Of a DNA stretch of 64,000 bases, positions 50,469 to 58,330 are shown in pieces (within the stretch, counting starts at the first letter, position 1; each line of letters starts with the position of its first letter). The position numbers were made by a program, and so were the translations under genes. The notes below the pieces were generated by a model. The model was not told the origin of the DNA, did no database searches, and worked only from the letters and a program-made list of their open reading frames with translations. The DNA comes from Magnetococcales bacterium (GTDB lineage: Bacteria > Pseudomonadota > Magnetococcia > Magnetococcales > Magnetaquicoccaceae). Where the stretch lies: positions 40,946 through 104,945 of the forward strand of contig PDZU01000003.1 of assembly GCA_002753095.1 (NCBI GenBank), in the 5' to 3' direction.

Positions 50469-51878
50469 TTAAATCGTCCTGGAAAAGCTCTTTTTTTGCT
50501 GGGCATGGTTCAAATACCAATCAAATACCATGCAAATATTACGAATCAACAGCCGTCCAGCCGGCTTCACCCGCAACAATGGGCCCTCTTCTTCCAGCAG
50601 ACCGTCACCGATCATCCGTTGCAAGGTATCCATTTCGGCCTGAAAGTAGTCGGCAAAATCCACGTGAAATTTCTCTGCGATGGCCTGCCGATCCAACTGA
50701 AAATCACAAATCAAACGCATGATCACTTCGCGGCGCAACAGGTCATCCTCATGCAAACTCAAACCGCGAAAAATGGCCAGCTCGCCTTGATCGATGCGCT
50801 GGTAATACGGCTCCACCTCTTTTTCATTCTGGGCATAGATTCGCCCAATTTGGCTGATGGAGCTGCTGCCCATGCCGATCAGGTCACAATCACCATGGGT
50901 GGTATACCCTTGAAAATTGCGGTGCAACACCCCTTGGCGCTGGGCCACAGCCAATTCATCATTGGGTTTGGCAAAATGGTCCATGCCGACATAAAGATAC
51001 CCGGCAGCAGTCAAAAAGCGAATGGTGCTCTCCAGAATACGCAACTTTTCGGCAGGGCTCGGCAACTGCTCCGGGTTGACCCGCCGTTGTGGCATGAAAT
51101 ACTGTGGCAAATGGGCATAATTAAAGACAGCCAGTCGATCCGGATCCAGCTCCTCTACCACATGTTGCAAAGTATGCAAAAAAGACTGTTCACTTTGCAA
51201 TGGCAAACCATAGATCAAATCCAGATTGATGGAAGGAAACCCAGCCGCACGGGCTTCCTCCACCACACGTCGGTTCAGCTCCAGGGGTTGAATGCGATTC
51301 ACTGCCTTTTGCACCGCCGAAAACAGATCCTGAAAGACGGTGGAAAGACGATTAAAACCCAAACGACGCAGCTGGGTGATGGAACCGCTGGGCATTTCAC
51401 GCGGGTCTATCTCAATGCCATATTCGCCCTCTGTATCCGGTACCAGACAAAAATGGTGCTGCAGGGCCTCCATCAACTGCTGCAGTTGGGCACTCTCCAG
51501 ATAGGTGGGTGTTCCCCCCCCCAGATGCAGTTGTAAGACCGGTCGTTGCCGACCAAACAGCTCACCGAGTAAAGCCACCTCGCGCAGCAGGGATTGCAGA
51601 TAACGGGCCGCCCGGCTGCGATCAGGAGTGACGATTTTGTTGCATGCGCAATAGTAGCAGACCGTATCGCAAAATGGGATATGGATATAGAGCGAAAGGG
51701 GACGGTCCGCTTGTTGGGCGGCTGCCTGGAGCGCCTCGGCACGAAAATCCTGTACGGTAAACCCCTCGTGCAGATGAGGAGCCGTGGGGTAGGAGGTATA
51801 GCGGGGACCGGACTGATTGTAGCGTTCAATCAATTCCCGATCAAAAACAACCTGTTGTTTAATTTGATCCGGGTTCAT
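50469..51878 (-). CDS. hemN: Oxygen-independent coproporphyrinogen III oxidase (radical SAM)
   Basis: The GPRYTSYPTA motif and the radical-SAM cluster motif CDTVCYYCAC are present. Confidence 0.93.
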   Translation of the reverse strand: MNPDQIKQQVVFDRELIERYNQSGPRYTSYPTAPHLHEGFTVQDFRAEALQAAAQQADRPLSLYIHIPFCDTVCYYCACNKIVTPDRSRAARYLQSLLREVALLGELFGRQRPVLQLHLGGGTPTYLESAQLQQLMEALQHHFCLVPDTEGEYGIEIDPREMPSGSITQLRRLGFNRLSTVFQDLFSAVQKAVNRIQPLELNRRVVEEARAAGFPSINLDLIYGLPLQSEQSFLHTLQHVVEELDPDRLAVFNYAHLPQYFMPQRRVNPEQLPSPAEKLRILESTIRFLTAAGYLYVGMDHFAKPNDELAVAQRQGVLHRNFQGYTTHGDCDLIGMGSSSISQIGRIYAQNEKEVEPYYQRIDQGELAIFRGLSLHEDDLLRREVIMRLICDFQLDRQAIAEKFHVDFADYFQAEMDTLQRMIGDGLLEEEGPLLRVKPAGRLLIRNICMVFDWYLNHAQQKKSFSRTI

Positions 51879-52981
51879 GGTCTCTTCTCCTGTATGCGCT
51901 GCATACCCCCATTCTGCTGCAGCAACAAACGGCTCTCTTCCCGTACCGCACGCACCAGATCCACGACCCGTCCTGGATCCATATCCTGGGCCATGCCATG
52001 CCCCAGATTGAACACATGTCCCGGATATGGACCATAATCCTGGAGCAGTTGGCGAACCTGATGGCGAACAATATCAGGCGTGGCATAGAGCACGGCTGGA
52101 TCCAGATTACCCTGCAAAGCCGCCCGCGCCGCCACCTGGTGCCGCGCGGTAGCCAAATGGGTGGTCCAGTCCAGACCAATGACATCACACCCGGTACCAA
52201 TCATCTCCTCCAGCATGCTGCCAAAAAAAAAAAAAAAAAGGATGATCGGTACAGTCTGACCATCCGGTCCCACACGCTGCAGGCGATCGATGATTCTTTG
52301 GATGCTGCGCAAAGAGAAAGTGACAAATTCTCGTGGTCCCAATACCCCACCCCAGGTGTCAAATATTTGAACCGCCTGAACGCCATGGGCAATTTGCGCA
52401 TTGAGATAATCCGCCACCACATCGGCAATTTGATCGAGCAACTGTTGCAGAAGGGCAGGTTGATCAAAAAGCATCCCCTTGATATAGCGGAAGGTTTTAC
52501 TTGATCCCCCCTCGACCATATAGGTGGCCAAAGTCCAAGGTGAACCGGAAAAACCGATCAGTGGCGTTTTTTCTTGCAAAGCCTGACGAATTTGGGTCAC
52601 CGTTTGCAGTACATAACCCAACTGCTCTTCTGGCTGTACCGGGCGAAGGCGACGCAGATCGCTAGGTGTGCGTAAAAACGGTTCTAAAACAGGGCCTTCA
52701 CCCATTCCAAAGGAAAGAGACATACCCATGGCTTCTGGCACAACCAGAATATCAGAAAAAAGAATGGCCGCATCCATGTCAAAACGGTACACCGGTTGCA
52801 GGGTGACTTCTGTAGCCAAGTCGGGATTTTTGCACAAGGAGAGGAAGTTGCCCGCTTGTTGGCGAACCCGCATGTATTCCGGCAAATAGCGTCCGGCCTG
52901 ACGCATCAACCAAACGGGAGTTTGATCGACTGGCAGCGAGTGGCAAGCACGCAAAAAACGATGAGTAGGTTCAATGGGCAT
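51875..52981 (-). CDS. hemE: Uroporphyrinogen decarboxylase
   Basis: The PVWLMRQAGRYLPEY motif is present and the protein aligns end to end with E. coli HemE. The start is set to the ATG at 52981 (MPIEPTHRFLRAC, compare MTELKNDRYLRAL). The track ORF begins at the GTG at 53008. Confidence 0.93.
   Translation of the reverse strand: MPIEPTHRFLRACHSLPVDQTPVWLMRQAGRYLPEYMRVRQQAGNFLSLCKNPDLATEVTLQPVYRFDMDAAILFSDILVVPEAMGMSLSFGMGEGPVLEPFLRTPSDLRRLRPVQPEEQLGYVLQTVTQIRQALQEKTPLIGFSGSPWTLATYMVEGGSSKTFRYIKGMLFDQPALLQQLLDQIADVVADYLNAQIAHGVQAVQIFDTWGGVLGPREFVTFSLRSIQRIIDRLQRVGPDGQTVPIILFFFFFGSMLEEMIGTGCDVIGLDWTTHLATARHQVAARAALQGNLDPAVLYATPDIVRHQVRQLLQDYGPYPGHVFNLGHGMAQDMDPGRVVDLVRAVREESRLLLQQNGGMQRIQEKRP
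52223..52239. repeat. A17/T17 homopolymer inside hemE (encodes LFFFFFG)
   Basis: Counted directly: 17 consecutive A on the plus strand. The run is in frame (CTT TTT TTT TTT TTT TTT GGC on the coding strand). Confidence 0.95.
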
Positions 52982-53030
52982 GGATACGTTCCTGTTGGGG
53001 GACGACACCGTGTGATGGGCCGTACCGGTT

Positions 53031-53270
53031 GCTGTTTCTGCTTTTCTTTAAAGATAAAAAAAAGTTCGTAGTCATTGCGCCTGTGGAAATGTGGAAAATG
53101 TGTCCATCCAACGAAACGACAGTCTGTTTTTGGTCACAGACCGCTGTGGAGGGATTGTGTCCATTCCGTGCATGAAAATGCATGCGGGTTGTCTTGCCCG
53201 AAATCGGGATGGGTTTTTCACAATGCATCAACGGTTCATCAACATGTTATGCACAGGTTCCTGTGGATAA
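53031..53270. promoter_or_regulatory. AT-rich tract plus a cluster of DnaA-box-like 9-mers upstream of hemE (candidate oriC or DnaA-regulated hemE promoter)
   Basis: Elements read from the sequence:
- TGTGGATAA at 53262-53270, a perfect match.
- TTATGCACA at 53247-53255 and TTTTTCACA at 53214-53222, which both fit TTWTNCACA.
- TGTGGAAAA at 53090-53098, which fits TGTGNAWAA.
- TGTGGAAAT at 53082-53090, an 8/9 match.
- A ~28% G+C tract at 53031-53076 by my count. Confidence 0.35.
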
Positions 53271-53302
53271 CATCACAATTTTAATCAATACCTGTATTTA
53301 TC

Positions 53303-54562
53303 CTATTTTGTTTCCGTATCCGAAGCAAGGCGACGATAGACCAAAGAGCAGTTGATTTTGGCGGCCTGCCCAGAGTGGATGGAAACCAAGGCTTCATCCT
53401 TCAAGCGGATCCACTTCTCTCTGGAATTGACAGTGCGTACAGGATGATCGGGGGAAGTGGGCCGACCCGCCTCGGTATGTTCAAAACGGGCCCGGAGAAT
53501 GGCCACGGTGCTCTGATCCGGTCCCTGGAAAAGAAAATCTTGATGAATATCAAGAGGCCAATTTTTACTGGCAGCAGTCAATTGCGCCAACAATTCGGCA
53601 TCCACCTTGAGCAGAAGATACTGCTCAATGGCGATCTCCTCACTGGTGCTGGAGGTGGTGAGAAAGGTCAAGCGACGCGTCTGTTGAGAGGAGATAAAGA
53701 CGGTTGCCGGGATCTTTTTCCAGGCCAACAGTTGCGCAGCCAAAGAGGCAGCACAACGGCGCCCGGAAGCATTGTGATAGAAATTGAAATATTCAAAAAA
53801 TTTCTTTTCTAAAACATCGACATACTCTTCGCCGCGCTCATAAAGGGACTGTTCGATATAATTCAAGTAGAGTGCCAGCCCCCGGATGGCATTATCCAGT
53901 AGTCGTTCCACTTTGACATGAAAATGGGTCAACTCAAAAGGCCAGGCATCGCCATCGGCAGTACGTTGCACCAGCAAAGCATAATCAAGGGGCAGGAGCA
54001 TCTTGAGCAGGGAATTAAATTTTTCATGGTTGGTGTGGCGCATGGACCATTTATACTGGTGCAATTCGGTCAAATCCGGGGCCACTTCCAGAAGGTTTTC
54101 CTTGTACAGGCGGTTGCCTTCCCGAAAACGAAAATTTTTGCGCATTTTTTCCGGGATGGTGCCATCCACCAGAATAACCAGAGCACTGTTTTGCAACTCA
54201 AACTCTTTGGCATTGGTAGGGGAGCCGGGGCGCAACTTGCTGGGCGAAACAAATGGGTAGGGAATACCCTGCGCGTTAAAGTTATGGTACGAGTCGAGTA
54301 AGGTATATTCGATCAAGCTGTGTGCAATTTTCTCGCGGGTAACGAGATAAGGATCCTGCCGGGATTGCGACAGAACCTTTGCGTCTGGCAAAACGAGAGA
54401 ACAGGAATCCTTGGTCATGACCGGATTCGACCTTTCGACATCAAACTGCATTGAAAACAAGCACAACCACATCCCTGTCACACGGAATGAAAACCATTCC
54501 GAATCCAACCAAAGAGCCTGAAATATGGGGTCACTGAACCATATTTCCCCTGATTGTTGCAA
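53303..54562 (-). CDS. Hypothetical protein (no family recognised)
   Basis: This is a long uninterrupted ORF in a co-directional gene string. The track start is a TTG; in-frame ATGs at 54452 and 54419 are alternatives. The G+C content looks a little lower than in the flanks. Confidence 0.55.
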   Translation of the reverse strand: MQQSGEIWFSDPIFQALWLDSEWFSFRVTGMWLCLFSMQFDVERSNPVMTKDSCSLVLPDAKVLSQSRQDPYLVTREKIAHSLIEYTLLDSYHNFNAQGIPYPFVSPSKLRPGSPTNAKEFELQNSALVILVDGTIPEKMRKNFRFREGNRLYKENLLEVAPDLTELHQYKWSMRHTNHEKFNSLLKMLLPLDYALLVQRTADGDAWPFELTHFHVKVERLLDNAIRGLALYLNYIEQSLYERGEEYVDVLEKKFFEYFNFYHNASGRRCAASLAAQLLAWKKIPATVFISSQQTRRLTFLTTSSTSEEIAIEQYLLLKVDAELLAQLTAASKNWPLDIHQDFLFQGPDQSTVAILRARFEHTEAGRPTSPDHPVRTVNSREKWIRLKDEALVSIHSGQAAKINCSLVYRRLASDTETK

Positions 54563-54729
54563 GGATTTTATTCATCCGGTCCGCAAAAAAAAGGGTGGAA
54601 GAGAGCCTGTTGTCAGAGGATGCACGATGCACTGGATCATGTTACACTGGCCGGGTGTGGGCTGAAAACGGCCTGGACAATTTTTGACAAAGCAATTCTT
54701 AACCTGCTGAACAACAACGGAGTCACACA

Positions 54730-55590
54730 ATGGCCATGGGCAAGATCATTGACGGCAAAGAGATCGCCAAACAGTTGCGCCTGCAGCTTCGTGAAGAGGT
54801 ACAGTCCCTGACAGCAGAACATGGCGTGACCCCTGGTTTGGCGGTAATCGTGGTGGGGGAAAATCCGGCTTCCCATCTCTATGTACGCATGAAAAAGCAG
54901 GCCTGTGCCGATGCAGGGATTGTCTCATTCTCCCACGAACTGCCGCAGGAGACGACAGAAGAGGCACTGCTCTCCCTGATACAAACCTTGAACGAACATC
55001 CGGCAGTGCATGGCATCCTGGTTCAAATGCCCCTGCCCGCCCACATTCGCAGCCAACGGATTTTGGAAGCCATCTCCCCCGACAAGGATGCAGACGGTTT
55101 TCATCCGCGCAATGTGGGTTTGCTGGCGGTCGGTGCCCCCCTGTTTCGCCCCTGTACTCCGTGGGGCTGCATGGAACTGTTGCACTTGAGCGGCGTCAAG
55201 CCCGCCGGTCAAAATGCCGTTGTGTTGGGGAGATCCAACATTGTCGGCAAACCGGTTGCCTTGATGCTTCTGGCGGAACATGCCACTGTTACCCTCTGCC
55301 ACTCGCAAACCCGTGCCTTGCCGGAAATAGTCCGTCAGGCCGATATTCTTATCTCTGCCATGGGTCAGGCAGAACTCGTGCGGGGGGACTGGCTCAAACC
55401 GGGGGTCGTGGTCATCGATGTGGGGATGAATCACCGCGCCAGTGATGGTAAACTGTGTGGCGATGTGGCCTTTCAGGAGGCCCTGCCCAAGGTTTCCGCC
55501 ATCACCCCGGTGCCCGGTGGCGTGGGACCGATGACCATCACCATGTTGTTGAAAAATACCGTGTTCAGTGCCAGCCGTTTTATTGCCTGA
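54730..55590 (+). CDS. folD: Bifunctional methylenetetrahydrofolate dehydrogenase / methenyltetrahydrofolate cyclohydrolase
   Basis: The N-terminus is KIIDGKEIA, and FolD motifs are present (GILVQMPLP, VVLGRSNIVGKP, PVPGGVGPMT). Confidence 0.93.
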   Translation: MAMGKIIDGKEIAKQLRLQLREEVQSLTAEHGVTPGLAVIVVGENPASHLYVRMKKQACADAGIVSFSHELPQETTEEALLSLIQTLNEHPAVHGILVQMPLPAHIRSQRILEAISPDKDADGFHPRNVGLLAVGAPLFRPCTPWGCMELLHLSGVKPAGQNAVVLGRSNIVGKPVALMLLAEHATVTLCHSQTRALPEIVRQADILISAMGQAELVRGDWLKPGVVVIDVGMNHRASDGKLCGDVAFQEALPKVSAITPVPGGVGPMTITMLLKNTVFSASRFIA

Positions 55591-55634
55591 TGCGGACGGT
55601 GCCACCAATCCAACCGGATGCCAACGGGTGACGC

Positions 55635-56528
55635 ATGGGACGTATTGCCCAAAAAATTTTGCAGGGCTTTGCCAAAGCCCGCGCCATGCCCGTCGTAGAC
55701 TTTGAAGCCCATCTGGCGGCCAAAAAACGGTCAGATGAGTATCAGGGACAACTGCGCATCGTGGAACGACTATTGCGGCGCGGTTTTGATCCTCTGCATG
55801 CCCACTATATCGCCGCACAAAATCTGGTCTCCCTGCTGTGCGAAGAGTTGACCATGCTGCCAGTCATGAAACCCTTTGTGCGCACCGTCACCGAAGCGGA
55901 AAATCTTTATATGCCGGATGGTCCCCCCTTCAGCGCCTTGACCCGGAGCTATTTTGTCTGTTGGGCCTTTTTCGATGTACTGTTCGGCAAGGATAAAGAG
56001 AGCATCAGCAGTTGCATTCAAGAGTTGAGCAGCGATCTGGCCATCGACTCCCACCTGCTCGGCACCATTGCCCTGATGCAGCAGTCACGCATGGGCATCT
56101 ACGAACACTGCGGGGTGGTGGAATCAGAGGTCATGTTGCGTGATCTGACCGATGATCGCAACTGCTATTGCTATGTCCCTACCGGTTATCAAGGCAAGCT
56201 TGGGCAGTTGTGGTATGTGCGCCTGATGCCACCCCTGCCGGGTTATCACTACCATATCGCCTTCACAACGCCCTATATCCTGATGAACTCCCGTGAAGAG
56301 TGGTTGGCTTATCTGCACCGCATGGTTCCCCTGACCAAAGGCCCCAAACTTCCGTGTCCGGTTACCGGCATCATCCAATATTTTTTGAAGCACGGTTTGC
56401 ATGCCACCTATTGGCTTGATTATATTGTCTCCGGCTATGTGGGTGCCCAGGACAATGCCATTTTCCTGGCGGGCATCCCGGATCAGATGGAGGCCATTGC
56501 CTCGGATGTGGCAGAGGATCTTTTTTGA
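55635..56528 (+). CDS. Hypothetical protein (no family recognised)
   Basis: A 297 aa ORF with an ATG start lies between folD and lysK on the same strand. I recognised no motifs. Confidence 0.55.
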   Translation: MGRIAQKILQGFAKARAMPVVDFEAHLAAKKRSDEYQGQLRIVERLLRRGFDPLHAHYIAAQNLVSLLCEELTMLPVMKPFVRTVTEAENLYMPDGPPFSALTRSYFVCWAFFDVLFGKDKESISSCIQELSSDLAIDSHLLGTIALMQQSRMGIYEHCGVVESEVMLRDLTDDRNCYCYVPTGYQGKLGQLWYVRLMPPLPGYHYHIAFTTPYILMNSREEWLAYLHRMVPLTKGPKLPCPVTGIIQYFLKHGLHATYWLDYIVSGYVGAQDNAIFLAGIPDQMEAIASDVAEDLF

Positions 56529-56568
56529 CTTTTTGTACAACTGAATTTTGAGCAAGGACCGAATCATC

Positions 56569-58119
56569 ATGTGGCTTGATAAAATCATTGACCCCCTGCA
56601 CGAACCGCAAATCATCAACGATTCCAAAACCCCATCTGGACGTGTGCATATCGGATCCTTGCGCGGCGTGTTGATTCATGACGCCCTGTTGCGTGCTCTG
56701 CAGGCCAAAGGGCGACAAGCCACCTTTCTGTACGGCATCGATGATTATGATCCCATGGATGGCATGCCGGCGGAGGCGCCAGAGGAGATGCGGCAATACA
56801 TGGGACGCCCCCTCTGCCAGGTTCCCGCGCCAGAAGGTTCCGACGCCACCGATATGGCCGAGCACTATATCCGTGAATTTTTGGCCATTTTCCAGGAATT
56901 GAATGTCAATGCCCAGATCTATCGCATGCGTGATGTCTATCGCTCTGGGCGCTTCAACCATGCCATCGATGCCATCCTGCGCCAATCGGCCCTGGTGCGC
57001 GACATCTATCGAGAGGTCAGCGGGGCACAGCGCCCAGAGGATTGGCACCCCTTCCAGGTGATTTGTCAACAGTGCGGCAAGATCGGCACCACCGTGGTGA
57101 CCGCCTATGATGGTCAGGAGGTGCATTACCATTGCCGGCCCCATCTGGTCAAATGGGCACAAGGATGCGATTATCAAGGCAAGACCTCCCCCTTCGACGG
57201 GGCGGGCAAACTGCCCTGGAAACTGGAATGGGCGGCCAAATGGCATACCTTTGCCATCACCCTGGAGGGGGCAGGCAAGGATCATTGCACCAAAGGCGGA
57301 TCCCGCGATATTGCCACAGCGGTGTTACGGAAAATCTTCGCGCAACAAGCTCCCCTCAATGTACCTTATGAATTTTTCCTGGTGAGTGGGGCCAAAATGA
57401 GCTCCTCCAAAGGCATCGGCAGTGCCGCGCGCGAGATGGCCGATTTTCTGCCCCCAGAGATATTGCGGTATCTGATGATCGGATCCGATCCCAAAAAGGC
57501 GGTCAATTTTAATACCGGTCTGCCCTACATGACCAAATTGTTCAACGAATTTGACCGCCTTCTGCAACAGCAGCACAGCGGCAATCCAGAGCCACAAACT
57601 CAGCAACAGCTTGCCTTGGCCCAGACCGATGATGACTCCATCGCCTATCAACCGATCCCCTTTCAGTTGATCAGCACCCTGGTGCAGTTGCCCCATATCG
57701 ATTTGCTGCAAGAGGTGGAACGGCAGGCACCGCCCGGTTGGTGCGAACGGGATCGGCAGCAGTTGCAGCGCCGTATTCAGGCTGCCCGCTATTGGTTGGA
57801 CCATTTTGCCAGCCCGGAAGATACCTTCACGGTGCAACAGCAGTTGCCAGAAAACGCCCACCTTCTGACGGCAACCCAGCGGGCTTTCCTGCATCAATTG
57901 GCGGATATGCTGGCTCTGCAAGAGGAAAATGCCAACGGCGAACAGTTGCAGGGGGTGATTTTTGAAGCGGCCCGCCTGACCCCACTGCCGCAAGCGGAGG
58001 CGTTTCAAGCCATCTATCAGGTTTTGTTGGGCAAAGAGCGCGGACCAAAGGCGGGCAATTTGCTGCCCTTTTTAGATCGCTCCTTTGTTTTGCAGCGTTT
58101 TCGGGCGCTGACCCTTTAA
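56569..58119 (+). CDS. lysK: Lysine--tRNA ligase, class I
   Basis: The class I HIGH-like motif SGRVHIGSLRG and the KMSKS-like motif KMSSSKG are present, and the ~516 aa length fits class I LysRS. The start is set to the ATG at 56569 (MWLDKI...); the track start is the TTG at 56548. Confidence 0.88.
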   Translation: MWLDKIIDPLHEPQIINDSKTPSGRVHIGSLRGVLIHDALLRALQAKGRQATFLYGIDDYDPMDGMPAEAPEEMRQYMGRPLCQVPAPEGSDATDMAEHYIREFLAIFQELNVNAQIYRMRDVYRSGRFNHAIDAILRQSALVRDIYREVSGAQRPEDWHPFQVICQQCGKIGTTVVTAYDGQEVHYHCRPHLVKWAQGCDYQGKTSPFDGAGKLPWKLEWAAKWHTFAITLEGAGKDHCTKGGSRDIATAVLRKIFAQQAPLNVPYEFFLVSGAKMSSSKGIGSAAREMADFLPPEILRYLMIGSDPKKAVNFNTGLPYMTKLFNEFDRLLQQQHSGNPEPQTQQQLALAQTDDDSIAYQPIPFQLISTLVQLPHIDLLQEVERQAPPGWCERDRQQLQRRIQAARYWLDHFASPEDTFTVQQQLPENAHLLTATQRAFLHQLADMLALQEENANGEQLQGVIFEAARLTPLPQAEAFQAIYQVLLGKERGPKAGNLLPFLDRSFVLQRFRALTL

Positions 58120-58330
58120 CAAAATGGGATATGTTATCATAGTGTTGGTGATGCTTAATTAGCAAAACAGGAAAAATAAGAAATTTCTTTGCCATTCCTC
58201 GAACAATCGCATAAACTGTGTGCAACGGTGGAGTGGGTTAATGAACACAAGGAGTGTGTGTAGGGTTTTGCTACACTTGGTTAGCAAATAGAGAAAAAAA
58301 AGCAAATATAGAATTTGCATCGAGGAAAAA

